Numbered from the stretch's first letter, positions 1-12,370 are shown. The stretch is DNA of 64,000 nt from Leptogorgia sarmentosa (GCA_964658305.1 OZ210885.1:18476001-18540000), one strand, 5' to 3'. Made by a program: numbers and translations. Notes: a model not told the origin generated them from the sequence alone.

Positions 1-1
1 G

Positions 2-484
2 GAGTATCAGAAAGAGTTTGAAGAACTACAAAATGTGGATTTGGTCGAAGGATTTCCGTCAAATTTGGATAAGTTAACCTGAGGACATGACAATTCGATC
101 GTGGTGTTGGATGATCTCATGGGAGAATGTTCAAAAGATCAACGTGTCTCCGATTTATTTACACGTGGATCTCACCATAAAGGCATTTTTGTATTATATC
201 TCATGCAGAACCTATTTCCACCAGGAAAATTATCAAGAACCATTAGCTTAAATTGCCATTACATTTTTGTGTTTAAAAATCCACGTGATTCTCTCGGGAT
301 TGCAACACTGGCTAAACAAATGTATCCTAGACAGAGCAATTTTTTGGTGGATTCCTTTCACGATGCTACGAAACAACCACATAGTTATTTACTTATTGAT
401 TGTCATCCACAAACTCCGGAAAATATACGATTACGTACAAATATTTTACCTGGTGAAAGACAAATTGTGTATATAAAGAAGTAA
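2..484 (+). pseudogene. Polinton/Maverick (adintovirus-like) A32/FtsK-type packaging ATPase, C-terminal part
   Basis: Walker-B VVLDDLM followed by LFTRGSHH, QNLF, RTISLNCHY and FKNPRD motifs typical of Polinton ATPases. The frame continues to the window start with an in-frame TGA at 80-82. Confidence 0.85.
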
Positions 485-527
485 AAACAAAACACACACT
501 CATTTGCGTGATACGTAGCGTACGATA

Positions 528-1226
528 ATGACATCGAGAAACATTGCTGTATTCGTTACCGGTGGTACAAAAAAATTAACATTAGATGAACCTTTCTTAG
601 CGCGCCGTAAGTCGTTACAGGGTACTACAATACAACTAAAAAAAGCAACAGTTTTTTGGAAGTTCAAAAATGTTACGTCTACAAATAACAAATTTACGGT
701 TAATAACGTAGAAAAGGAGCTCAGTGAGGGGTATTGGGATTTTGAACTTATTAAAGAACGACTGAAAGGAGATAAAATCAATCTCACCGCAAACATACAC
801 GATAATACGTGTGATGTCGAAAATAAATCGGGAGCTACAGTAAACTTAAAAAAGTTTGGAGAATTATTGGGATTTCCTACGGATACAAGCATACCTCAAG
901 ATACAGTTACCAAATGATCAAAAGCAGTTGACGTGAATTTTGGGTTAAAATACCTCACAGTTACATGCGATCTTGCGAATCCACATAGAAATGTTGACAC
1001 AGACGGAAGTACAAGCACAAACATTGCCTATTTACCTATCCCTCCCGGTACACGTTTAAACTCCACCGTTTCCGGTTCTAATCATCATCCAATAGTTCCT
1101 GTTAAGGAGGACATTGTTACCGAAATAACATTTACCGTGAGCTCAAACATACCACATATTCCTGTGGATGTTGACGTGCTTCTTAATCTTGTTGTGAATG
1201 GTATACAAAGGGAACACACCTACTGA
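528..1226 (+). pseudogene. Probable Polinton minor capsid (penton-like) protein, interrupted by a stop
   Basis: ORFs 528-917 and 933-1226 are in the same frame, separated by TGA 915-917. Beta-rich sequence with GELLGF and YLTVTCDL motifs; lies next to the packaging ATPase. The assignment is inferred. Confidence 0.5.
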
Positions 1227-1244
1227 ATGTTAGTCATTTATAGG

Positions 1245-1545
1245 ATGTCTTCGTTTGTGAAAAGAGCCCAACCGCTCCTACTAACATTAGCAAAATCAAA
1301 ACCCGCATTGCGAAACACTATTCTTCAGCACGCCCCTGCGGATTTGATTAAAGCTATTTCCGAAATTATTTTAAACGTACTTAAAGGGGCTCTAAAAATA
1401 ACTCCACGTCAGAAAAAACGTTTAGCTTGCTAGAAAAACAAACTTCGTGAGCTATCAAGTAACAAAGTGTCAGAAAAAGTAAAAAGAAAATACCTTAGCC
1501 AAAAAGGTGCTGGTGGTGGGGCTGCCTTGGCGGCAGTACTAGTGA
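1245..1545 (+). pseudogene. Polinton/adintovirus small basic virion protein (protein X/pVI-like), truncated
   Basis: LIKAISEIILNVLKGALKITPRQKKRL*KNKLREL...KYLSQKGAGGG: a basic amphipathic protein ending in a QKGAG|G adenain-type cleavage motif. Stop at 1431-1433; truncated near 1545. Confidence 0.65.
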
Positions 1546-3361
1546 GAAACCAAAACACCCAAAAGTGCAGGTAGGCTAATTGTAAGTTGAAAAATTGATT
1601 CATACAGTCCTTATTAAAAGGTAATTATTTTTTAGGAAACCTCAATTTTGCAAGAGGAGACAACTAGTCACCAGACTTTTAGTGATGATGAGGAGAAGAG
1701 AAATGAGAACGTCAAGAAGAGTGCTGATGCAGAACCTGGAAATTTTCCTGTTCCTTTACCGTATCCACCATACTCACCACAAATAATTAATGCTGAGAAA
1801 GCAAATACCATTCTGTTAGTAAGATCACAATTGATTCGCGAGTCAGCAAGATTTTACCTTGGCTTGAAATACGACTTATCAAGACATGATATAATTTGCC
1901 AACATATTTTGAAAAGACAAAGACAAAACCATCAAAGGTAAATAGACATGTGCATGTATGTGCATAAAGTATACCATTGTGTATTGGTGTATTCATGATG
2001 CTTATAAGTGAAACCAATATATTATTTTAGGAACATGTGAAAAAATTGCTTCTTGGTTTGAAGAATGATTACCGTGATTGGATCAACTCAGAAGTTCGAA
2101 GTCTAAAAGATGTAATTGAGCGCTATCCAATACTGGAACATGATAAATGGGTATTATATGTTATGTTGTGATCCTAATTAATCAAATAGTATATAATTAT
2201 GCACCACAATTTTTGTTATCATAGAACGATACGTACAAAAGTCAACACGTAGTTGCATGCTAACATCTTAGCAATCAAAGTTGAAAGTTCATGATTATGT
2301 AAACTAGCTATACATAGATAAAAACGGGTATCGCAGCATTTTTTTATTGTTATAGATCATATTCCAAGCATGTCTTTTGATGGATATGACTGAGGAGGAA
2401 TTGGACGCAAGAATGATGGCATTATTTCAAAGGTACTGTACATGAAGCGCAACAACTCAAGAATTGCCAAATTTGAAGCCACCAAACGTATGAGTATTAT
2501 TGACTAAAGCAACAATGAAGTTAGTAAAAGTTGAAGCCGAATGCTCATCGTTGGACCGACATATAACCGCAAATTGCATTCTCTTATGCATTTCATAGCG
2601 TTGAAAAAATTATGGAACCAAATTCCACACAACTAGACGCCATATCATTTATCGAACAACGGATCAACGCAAAGAAGAACGAAAGTGTTCTCTGTGTGAA
2701 TAAGGTTCGTATATATTTCTGTGGAAAAAAACGTAAGCCTCATCTCTTATAGCTATAGTTCGTGAAAGAAACACGTGCATGCAACTATTTGTTGATTTTC
2801 TGTATTTTGTACGTGAAAACCTATATTCACCTATATTACCTATTCTATAACGTCATATTTTAGCCTGGATATGAACTGATTCCTCCAACTGCTGCTACCC
2901 CAATGCTGATCATTGCAATTTCCGATAAAAGAGATATTACGCAAGGTTTTTTGTTCATGGACAAAGTCTTAATATGTGCGATGGCAGATCCACAGATTGT
3001 TTTTATGATCAAGCTTTGGATTTCAGAACATTAAGTATTCAAGTATTCATTTTGTGTGTTATGATTTGTCCCCTATATCAACACGCCAAATAGCGTGTTT
3101 TGATAAAAGCATGTTTTTACAACACGCAGCGTGTCCCTGGAGCACGTGCCAGTGCTCATACAACATGCACAGAATTAACACGCTAATTATAACAACACGC
3201 TTCAAGCATGTTGCCAGCGTCCTTAAAGAGCACGGTCCTGTGTGCTCTCAAAACACACCGGATTTAAAACACACCAATCCCAACAACACACAACACACTT
3301 TTGATGTGTCATTATAGGGGACAAAATTGCGTGTTCTGGGAACACACCGGAATTTCTAGTG
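1546..3361 (+). mobile_element. Terminal fragment of a CACTA/EnSpm (CMC) element with a decayed multi-exon accessory gene
   Basis: Ends in ...GAATTTCTAGTG at 3361 (reverse complement CACTAG), with AACAC-rich subterminal motifs at 3050-3350. Exon fragments PLPYPPYS...LLVRSQLIRESARFYLGLK and TPMLII...GFLFMDKVLIC resemble the accessory gene at 27658-28014 and 15604-15957. Confidence 0.75.
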
Positions 3362-3697
3362 CATATCACACCTTTACTTTAAAATGGCAAAAACACGGCT
3401 GTGTATAAAGATATTAAGGACAAGCAATACATTGTCGGAATTATCGTTGAAATATGTATAATATATTTGAAAATGAAAAATCTATGGCTAGAATGAAGCG
3501 AGAAAATGACTTGAAATTTAACATGCACATTCCTCAGAAACGCATCATATTACATCAATGTTCAAAGTAAAAACACACATTGATATCATTCGGTCCCCAG
3601 GCCAAGCTATACATTGTATGATATATCAGTGTTTTCTGAATAACATATGTGAAAATAAAAAAATTCTATAGAATAGGTAATGAAAAAAAAGGACTTA
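3362..3697. repeat. ~375-bp satellite, partial unit
   Basis: Near-identical to the units at 39911-40661 and 54948-55620 (e.g. TACATCAATGTTCAAAGTAAAA; CCCCAGGCCAAGCTATAC). Confidence 0.9.
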
Positions 3698-4541
3698 TAT
3701 CACATTCTTGAAGAAACACGCCATGCGTGTCGCGGTCAAGATCAGGGGCGCACATTCAACAGAAATTTGGGGGGGTGTCCTACGTTCTGGGACCGACTTT
3801 TATAGTGCTTGTGTTTAATAAAAAAGCCAACTATTTTAAAGCGTACACGCGAACTCGTGAAATTAAAGCGTTCCGTTTAATGTCACAGTGCTTGATACAT
3901 GGTAGAGGCGCGAGGCGCCACCATGGTTGGCGCCGAGCAAGAAATTTTTGAACTTTTACAACCTCTGGATTGCCGGAAACGGCGATTTCAGAGTCCTAAC
4001 TTCACTTTAAATTCTTGGTACGCTCGTTCAGGTGAACGACTGGAGGATTGTTGACTTTACTCCTCAGATCCCTAGGGGGGTTCGGGGGTATGCTCCCCCG
4101 AGAAAATTTTTATTTCTAGGCTCTCTCAAACGCTATTTTCTGCATTTTCAGGCAGGTTTTATGATAATATGAAAGCTATAAACCGGCTGTTCGCGGGCTA
4201 GATTGAGCAGAGGTTTGAATGTCGGTTTTGAGCCGGACTTTGAGAAAATAATCCTGGTTGTCGTTTCTGTATACCTTTTAGTCGTTTTTGTTAGTTTTTG
4301 TGGCTAGCCTGTTCGCAGGCTAGCCACTATCATATCCATTCGTGCGATGTGTGCGTGTCTGTAAGACATCGGGAAATGACGACAGCGACGACAATCCGAA
4401 GTACGACCGAAAATATGGCGATCTTTACCATACGAGAACGGGCACATTTTCTAGTACATTTGCAATTTTGCATTTATAAAGAGATTTCGAAGTTCGAACA
4501 TATTTTGCGCGACAAATCCCTTAAAATTTGAGCAACCAGGT

Positions 4542-5918
4542 GTGGAAGATTGTCTTCTTTTGGCAAAAGGTAAGGTCTTATTAGTTGTTTATCCTTTTTT
4601 TTGCATAATTTTGCTTTTATATCACATTATACGAAGCCATTGTGCTTGCACTGATCTTAGATCAGGGATCCGCGTGAGGACTACGCATCAAAGTTTGACC
4701 TTGCCATTGTGCAGGTATACAAAATTCAACCTTGCCACTGTGCAGGTCAAAATCAAACCCATTGGCTTGTACCACAATTTCAAGCAAGGTCAACTAGTTG
4801 TGTCTCAATTGAAAGGTAAATTTTGGAATCAAATGTTGATTATGTTTTATTTGAATGTATTCTATTTGCCATGCCTGAAAAGCTTAGTGGCTAAAATTGA
4901 GAAAAATAACGAGGTTTGCATGTGGTATACACAGATGGTATGCTATCATGTTTATGTACCATTATTATTGAGACTGTCAAATGATGTTGAAGAAAATCCA
5001 GGTCCTGTGAACATTAATGAAATAGTTGATCATACACACACAGTTCATGCTGACTTTCATCAAGGTGATGAATTGAAATTTGGAACTAATGCTGGGAAAC
5101 AATGTGTTGCCATGTCATTATGCTCTATTGTTTACAATGAAATCAAATCAGTTAACATTTGGGACCCAACAATTATGAATCAAATTCTATATTATGGAAA
5201 CAACTTGTACAGTGTTGTTAGTCAAAGTTTGAATCAAGACTTTTTGTTACTAACTGAAGTTCCTGGACTTGTTGACATTGAAAATGATACATTTCATTTG
5301 GAATATAGCGAATCCTTTTCAGGGGCATTATTTATGGCTGTAAATAATGATCCATATGTGACACTTGAACATGCTTTCAATGAAATTTTTTTCACTACAA
5401 ATCATAAAAGTTGTCTACTCACAATCGGTATGAATACAGTAGGAATTATTATGCCTTTTTCTGATGTTTTTAAAATTTTTGATTCTCACTCACGAGATCT
5501 CAGTGGGATACCATTTCCATCTGGTTATTGTGTATTGACTTCAGTTGAGGGAGTTCAAAATCTTGTTCACTATTTTCAACTTACATCATACAATCAAAAT
5601 ACTCACATCCCATTTGAATTGAAGGGTGTTAAATGTAATAAAAGAGTTGATATATTAAATAAAGGATTACAACTGATTGTTCAGGATAAATCAAAATCGG
5701 ACTTAAAAGAAAAGAAACGTAATTACCAGAGGGATTATAGAAATATGATCAGCCAGTCTGAATCGTCTCAACAAAAGGAAAGTAGACTTGTGAAAGAGTG
5801 TGAGTACAAGAGAGCTCAAAGAAAAAATGAGTCTTCAGAGCAAAGAGAAGAACGATTGGAAAAAAAGAGAGCTTATATGAGAGTTCAAAGACAGAATCAG
5901 TCTTCAGATCAAAAATAG
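4542..5918 (+). CDS. Helentron polyprotein N-terminal part: 2A (StopGo) peptide + herpesvirus-tegument-like (peptidase C76-type) cysteine protease + charged helical repeat
   Basis: LLLRLSNDVEENPG|P (4983-5006 for DVEENPGP). Then FHQGD..FG.NAGKQC (Cys codon 5103-5105) and FDSHSR (5478-5495), followed by ESSEQREERLEKKR-type repeats. The true start codon is uncertain. Confidence 0.75.
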   Translation: MEDCLLLAKGKVLLVVYPFFCIILLLYHIIRSHCACTDLRSGIRVRTTHQSLTLPLCRYTKFNLATVQVKIKPIGLYHNFKQGQLVVSQLKGKFWNQMLIMFYLNVFYLPCLKSLVAKIEKNNEVCMWYTQMVCYHVYVPLLLRLSNDVEENPGPVNINEIVDHTHTVHADFHQGDELKFGTNAGKQCVAMSLCSIVYNEIKSVNIWDPTIMNQILYYGNNLYSVVSQSLNQDFLLLTEVPGLVDIENDTFHLEYSESFSGALFMAVNNDPYVTLEHAFNEIFFTTNHKSCLLTIGMNTVGIIMPFSDVFKIFDSHSRDLSGIPFPSGYCVLTSVEGVQNLVHYFQLTSYNQNTHIPFELKGVKCNKRVDILNKGLQLIVQDKSKSDLKEKKRNYQRDYRNMISQSESSQQKESRLVKECEYKRAQRKNESSEQREERLEKKRAYMRVQRQNQSSDQK

Positions 5919-5982
5919 AACTTACAGAAAGTTAAAAGAAACTAAAGGACACACACTAAATAGTCACGCGAATGTTAATAAC

Positions 5983-8844
5983 ATGACAGAGCTGATAAAG
6001 AATTTTCACGATTCTATATCCACAGGTCCACTATATGTATGTAGTTGTTGTGAGCAGTTGTGGTATAAACACAGTGTTTGCCCTGCTGACCGAATCAGGT
6101 TGGTGAATCCAGATATTGCTAAATATCTGCAGAATTTCAAAAGTGTCAATAATGTTGAATGGCTTTGCAACACTTGTAGCAACCACTTGAGAAAAGGCAA
6201 AATACCTCCGTGTGCAATTGCGAATGGCATGAAATTTCCTGAAAAACCAAATTTCTTTGACCTAAATGAGTTAGAATGCAGACTTATTGCTCCACGTTTA
6301 GCATTCCAAAAGATTTTCCAAGCCCCAAGGGGAAGGCAACTCAAAATTACTGGTAATGTTGTTAATGTACCAGCAGATGTAACCAGCACTGTGAACATGC
6401 TTCCTAGATTATCGCATGAAACTGGTACCATTAAAGTTCAATTGAAACGGCGATTACAGTATAAAAGTTCAGCGCTCTCATTAAATGTAAGACCAAACAA
6501 AGTAATGCAGGCAGCAGCTTGGTTAGTCAATACAAGTTTGTTATACCAAGAGCAAGGGATAACTCTTGATGATAGCTGGATGGCAAGTATAGAACCAGAA
6601 ACAGTTTCTGGTGATCACGATAATCAAAAATCAAATAGCTCGGATGATCAAACGAATCCAGAGGATGACTGGAGTGAAGATGAAGCAGAAATACCTGCTG
6701 GTGTTACTGACAGCATGCTAACTGCTCCTGATTTTGTTGATGATAATGAAAGACAAAGCATATATAACTTTGCCCCAGCAGAAGGTAGTAGACCACTGAG
6801 TATATTTAGAGATCAATACTCCGAAGAAATGGCTTATCCAGGAATATTCTTGGGCCAGAAAAGACCAGATGATAAACAACGATTAAACAGTGTTTATTAC
6901 AGTGAAATATGCAAATCAGAATTAAGACGGTTTGATCGACGAGCTGCAATGTGTGTAGAAAACATATTCTTTAAAGCAAAAAAATTACAGATGAAATTGT
7001 TATTGGGGCAATCCCAAATTGCTTTGAGGAAATTTAAATTGGGGAACAGAACACTTACTGCTGGACAGTTGAAAACACCAGAAGGTTTAGGAAATTTAAT
7101 TTGTCATGATGAAGGTTACAAATTCTTAAGAGCTTTAAGAGGCTCGCCTCCTTACTTCGAAAAAGCCAAAAAAGATTTGTTTGCTATGATTCGCCAATTA
7201 GGGCCAGCATCACTGTTTTGCAGTTTTTCCTCTGCTGAAACAAAGTGGATCCATTTGTTAAGAATCCTTGGTAATCTTATTGACCACAAAAATTATAGTG
7301 ATGAAGAATTAGAGAACCTTACTTGGGAGGACAAGTGTAGACTAATACAGAGTGACCCGGTAACATGTGCGAGGCATTTCGACTACCAATTTAATACATT
7401 CTTGAAAGAGTTTTTATTCAGTGACATTGGTCCTTTGGGAAAAATAAAGGATTGGTTTTACAGAGTTGAGTATCAACAGCGAGGCTCACCTCACATACAC
7501 ATGCTGATATGGCTTGAAAATGCTCCGGTGTTTGGTGTTGACAAAGATGAAGAGGTGATTGCATTCATTGATCAAATAATAACTTGTAGTAAGCCAGACA
7601 GTGACTTGAAATTGCTGGAATTGGTCAACAGGCAAACGCACAGGCATTCGCATACATGCCGAAAAAAATCGAAAAATGTTTGTAGATTCAACTATCCACA
7701 ACCCTCGATGAGATCTACTCAAATACTTTATCCACTTGATGATGATACTTCTCAAACTATGGTGAAAAACAAAAAAGGATTGTGGAAAGACATTAAAAAT
7801 AAACTGAATGATTTGAAAGAAGGTAAAGACATAACATTTGACCAACTTCTAGAAGACTTAGATGTTTCAGAACATGATTACATCCTTGCTATTCGATCAT
7901 CTATTAACTGTCCAACAATATTTCTGAGAAGAAATCCAAATGAATTGAGAATTAACAACTATAATTCTGCATGTCTCCATGCCTGGAGAGCTAATATGGA
8001 TATCCAGTTTGTTCTAGACGTATATGCTTGTGCCATGTATATTGTATCATATATTTCAAAAGCTCAAAAAGGAATGAGTGAATTGTTACGTAAAGCTTGT
8101 GCTGAAGCCAGGGAAGGAAATCTTAACATAAAGCAACAGGTCCGTGATATTGGGAATAAGTTTTTGAACTCAGTAGAAATTAGTGCACAAGAAGCAGTGT
8201 ATATTATTCTGCAACTTCCAATGCGGAAGTCCTCAAGAAATGTTATATTTGTAAACACATCTCCTCCTTTAGAACGAGTTGAGTTACTCAAGCCGTTAAG
8301 TGAAATAGAAAAAATGTCAGATGAATCTGAAGAAATTCATTCTGGTGGTCTTCTCAAACGATATGTAGAACGACCAAATATTTTGCAACATATAACATTA
8401 GCTGACTGGGCAGCATGGTATGACACATGCGGTAAAACCAATTATAAAAGGACAAACAAAAAGGTTGACATTGATAACCTTCCAGTGGAAACACAGAATG
8501 AGAATAATGATGATGAATTACTTGATGATGAAAATTCTTCAACAAGCGTCTCACCTAAGAATTTGATAAAGAAAAGATCTCAAGCTAGAATTATCCGAAG
8601 TGTCTGGTATAACAAAGACGCTCAACCAGAAAAGCATTATCGTGAGTTAATAATGCTATTTACTCCATGGCGAAATGAACAGACTGATTTGATGGGAACA
8701 TTCTCTTCTTACCAAGAACATTACATAGCTCGTTATAATGAAATAAGTGAGCAGATGAGACAATATGCAGTCTGTACTGAGGATTTGAATGAAATTCAAA
8801 ATCATTTACAGGAATGTGATGATGATCTGTATGACACACAATAG
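5983..8844 (+). CDS. Helentron Rep (HUH endonuclease) segment with N-terminal zinc finger
   Basis: CSCC...CNTC zinc finger; RGSPPYF; motif II VEYQQRGSPHIHMLIW; motif III YIVSYISK. Frameshifted to the helicase by an extra CA near 8835 (GACACACAATAGCA). Confidence 0.92.
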   Translation: MTELIKNFHDSISTGPLYVCSCCEQLWYKHSVCPADRIRLVNPDIAKYLQNFKSVNNVEWLCNTCSNHLRKGKIPPCAIANGMKFPEKPNFFDLNELECRLIAPRLAFQKIFQAPRGRQLKITGNVVNVPADVTSTVNMLPRLSHETGTIKVQLKRRLQYKSSALSLNVRPNKVMQAAAWLVNTSLLYQEQGITLDDSWMASIEPETVSGDHDNQKSNSSDDQTNPEDDWSEDEAEIPAGVTDSMLTAPDFVDDNERQSIYNFAPAEGSRPLSIFRDQYSEEMAYPGIFLGQKRPDDKQRLNSVYYSEICKSELRRFDRRAAMCVENIFFKAKKLQMKLLLGQSQIALRKFKLGNRTLTAGQLKTPEGLGNLICHDEGYKFLRALRGSPPYFEKAKKDLFAMIRQLGPASLFCSFSSAETKWIHLLRILGNLIDHKNYSDEELENLTWEDKCRLIQSDPVTCARHFDYQFNTFLKEFLFSDIGPLGKIKDWFYRVEYQQRGSPHIHMLIWLENAPVFGVDKDEEVIAFIDQIITCSKPDSDLKLLELVNRQTHRHSHTCRKKSKNVCRFNYPQPSMRSTQILYPLDDDTSQTMVKNKKGLWKDIKNKLNDLKEGKDITFDQLLEDLDVSEHDYILAIRSSINCPTIFLRRNPNELRINNYNSACLHAWRANMDIQFVLDVYACAMYIVSYISKAQKGMSELLRKACAEAREGNLNIKQQVRDIGNKFLNSVEISAQEAVYIILQLPMRKSSRNVIFVNTSPPLERVELLKPLSEIEKMSDESEEIHSGGLLKRYVERPNILQHITLADWAAWYDTCGKTNYKRTNKKVDIDNLPVETQNENNDDELLDDENSSTSVSPKNLIKKRSQARIIRSVWYNKDAQPEKHYRELIMLFTPWRNEQTDLMGTFSSYQEHYIARYNEISEQMRQYAVCTEDLNEIQNHLQECDDDLYDTQ

Positions 8845-10520
8845 CACCATTCACACAAGAGACTGAACGACAGGATCAGGATGAAGGTAATACAGATACA
8901 CATCCTGACTTGAATGAATCGTATGATCTTTCAGAGGATCTGGGCATTCCGTCAGCCTTACCTAATAATCAACCGCTCATTTTAAATGAAATGCAAGATG
9001 ATGAATATCGAGAATTGGTTCAAATGCTTAACAAAAAACAAAGAGAATTTTTTTATCATGCTTTGTGTTTAATTAAGACATCTGATAAACCATTTTATGC
9101 CTTCTTAAGTGGGAGTGGCGGAGTTGGTAAGTCACACCTTATTAAATCAATTTATCAAGCGGCATTAAAATATTATAATGCAAGAGCAGGTGAAGATTTT
9201 CGTCGCTCTCAAATACTATTACTTGCTCCAACAGGGAAGGCAGCTTATCTTATAAAAGGTAACACAATCCATAGTGCTTTGGCAATACCTGCAAGCCAAT
9301 CGCTAAAAAATTATAAACCACTAGATTCTAGTAGGTTAAACACATTAAGATGTGAATTGGGTGCATTAAAGTTGATTCTACTTGATGAAATATCAATGGT
9401 TGGGAACAGCATGTTTACCATACAGTTGAATAACCGTCTGAAAGATCTAAAGGGAAGCAAAGAAGACTTTGGTGGTGTAAGTATCATCACGCTTGGTGAC
9501 TTATTTCAACTTAAACCTGTCATGGATGGCTACATTTTCACTGATGTTCATTGCTTAAATTCTTACAATATTCTTGCTCCAAACCTATGGAAAAAGTATT
9601 TCAGAATGTTTGAACTTGATGAGATCATGCGACAAAGAGAAAGCAAAATGTTTGCTGAGATCTTAAATAGACTAAGAGAAGGTAAACATACTTCTTGTGA
9701 CCTCCAAAAGCTAAAGGAGAGATGTGTTGAAGAGTCTAATTGCCCTAGAGAAGCTCCACATTTGTTTATTCAAAATGCTTTAGTTGACAGCTATAATGAA
9801 AAAGTGTTTGAATCTTTTATTGATGATAAATACACAGTCAAAGCCCAAGATAGTGTTATTGGGGCATGTTCTGCTGAGCTGAAGGAAAAGATCATGAGGC
9901 AAATACCTTATGTTTCATTAAGAAACTCTAAACAGTTAGCGCATAAATTAAAACTTGCTGTAGGGCAACGAACTGAAATCGCCATCAATGTGCGAACTGA
10001 TGATGGTCTTACAAATGGTGCAAGTAATGTGATAAAATTGATACAGTTGAATGATCAAAGTAAACCGTCTGGTCTTATTTGGGTCCGATTTGACTATGAA
10101 GATGTTGGTAAAAAGACCCGACAGGAAAACAGGAACCTTTATGTAACAGGTATTGAAAGAACATGGACACCAATTAAACCTGTTACTACACAATTTGCTG
10201 TGGGCAAAACTAAATCAGCCCAAGTTGTACGAAAACAATTTCCTCTGAGACCGGCATCAGCTAAGACTGTACATAGATCGCAAGGTGATACCCAGACACA
10301 AATAGTTGTAAACCTAAATACCAAAAGGGCTATTCCACATATACATTATGTTGCTCTAAGTCGAGTTACAACAATTGAAGGCTTATATATCACTGACCTG
10401 TGTGAAGATAAGATATCGGTTGATCCAAAAGTTATAAAAGAAATGGAAATGTTAAGAACAGAACATAGCTTGAAACTTTGTTACACACCTTTGTATAATT
10501 TAGATCATTCACAATTTAAA
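8845..10520 (+). CDS. Helentron PIF1-like SF1 helicase segment
   Basis: GSGGVGKS, APTGKAA, DEISM, GDLFQLKPV, MRQ, TVHRSQG, YVALSR. Confidence 0.93.
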
Positions 10521-11163
10521 ATTTGCTACCTCAATTCTCGATCACTGCATAAACACATAAGATGTTCGAAGAGATATTAATTACTCATCTACAGACATTT
10601 TAATATTTTCAGAAACAAGATTTAGTTCCTTAGACCCTGATGAAATGTACACTATTGATGGGTACAAGCTATTTAGAAATGACATTTCCAATTATAATGG
10701 TCCTACACGTCCATATGGCGGAATAGCTGTTTACAGTCAAATCCCATTAACAGATGGGTATCCCCTTGCTCGGATTATAAATGGTATAGAGTTCACTGTG
10801 ATTAAAACAAATAGTTGTCCAGATCTCACTATAATTGGATTATATCGCTCTCCAAAAATTGCTATTTCACATCTTCTAGATGCACTTCGTATCATTTGTG
10901 ATGAAAATTCTTCTAAACAAAATTTGGTCATCGGAGACTTTAATGTAAATTGGATGGTAGAATCTGAGCGACAGTCCTTGTATGATCTCATGGTCGTAGA
11001 AAATAGCTGCAGACAAATAATATCTAGTGTAACAACTGACAATGGGACACTAATTGATCACCTATATACAGATATAATTGAAGAAGATATTCATGCTGGC
11101 ATTTTAGAGACATACTTTAGCGATCATAAAGCTATATGGGCTTCTTTCAAAACAAAGAAGTAG
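10500..11163 (+). CDS. Helentron C-terminal AP-like (EEP) endonuclease segment
   Basis: YLNSRSL, then after a frameshift near 10520 FSETR, YRSP, IGDFN, IDHLY and SDH catalytic motifs. Confidence 0.9.
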
Positions 11164-12219
11164 TAGAAACTGAAGCCTAAGTAGAGAGATGGCAAAAGTA
11201 GTTATAGGTCCATTGTATACCTGAACATACAGGCAATCTATGCGATAATTGTCTCCCATAGTTATGAAACAACACTACAAATCCAATAAAATATAATTAC
11301 TATGAAATTTTAACACTAGAACATTGCTTAATTACTTATTAAGACTTGAATATATTTAAAATTGCATGAACTCTTTCAAACAGGTAAATAGCTATTCATT
11401 CATCATTCTTTTCCCTCACTTTTCTTTTTCTAATGTACTTCATTTTTTCATTTTTAGACATGGCCACATCTTACTCATGGTGTTTCAATCTTGGTCACAC
11501 CAAGGATAACTTCAGATAACATTCACAGGCCAAAATCAGCAATGGAGGTGAATTAATTTTTCAATGTTATAATTGGTAGTACAGTTATTCTTTTCTGCTG
11601 AAAGATGTACAGGGAAATGCTAACAATCTTATATTTGCATTTCTTTCAGCCAAAAGCAACATTTTTAAAGTGGGGATAGTAGTGCCTTCTGTCAAACAAG
11701 TAATAAACTTAAATCACACTTAATGTTGATATGGTGATCAGTTCAATGTGGAGCTCATTAGTGAAGAAATTATGATCTATGCTGTTAATTGGATACTGAC
11801 AGTACTACAGTATCAAATGAAGTCTGTACAAGTTGTTAAACAAAACAATTTCTTTACTGAAACTCCAAATATGAAAATATAGAAATGCCATCAAATATGA
11901 TGTACTCGAAAGAATAATAAGAAATGTGTCATGGAATCTATGCAACACCAACAGATCTACAGAGGCTATGACAGGGGACCTACAGAATCTCACAGTAATG
12001 TTTCTCCATTGATGACTAAATTTTTACACAACCTCTTCACAAAGCATTTGTTCACGAGTGAAAGTCGTGACAATTTTAGCAAACGAACTCTTACAGTTTG
12101 CTCAAACATTTTTTACGAATTATTCAAGTTAAAATTTATCTCTGTAAAATTGATTTCATCACAGGAATTTCGATTAATTCGATAGTGTAAACTAGCTTAC
12201 AAACAAGAATCCAGAATGT

Positions 12220-12370
12220 AAATATGAACCTTTATTATATACATATGAAGCTTTATTATATACATATGAACTTTTATTATATATAGATATAAGTTTTATT
12301 ATAAAAATATCAACCTTTATTATATACACACATATGAGCCCTTATTTATTATGTAAATATGAACCACTTA
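12220..12370. repeat. AT-rich ~21-bp degenerate tandem repeat
   Basis: Repeated ATATGAAC(C/T)TTTATTATATAC between the convergent Helentron genes. Confidence 0.6.

Noticed and set aside
1539..1544. CTAGTG as a possible CACTA terminus
   Set aside because: No matching TIR continuation or subterminal repeats; it lies in Polinton coding sequence (AVLV).
11440..12190. Possible extra spliced gene downstream of the Helentron endonuclease
   Set aside because: Splice-like signals are present, but I could not assemble a convincing reading frame.
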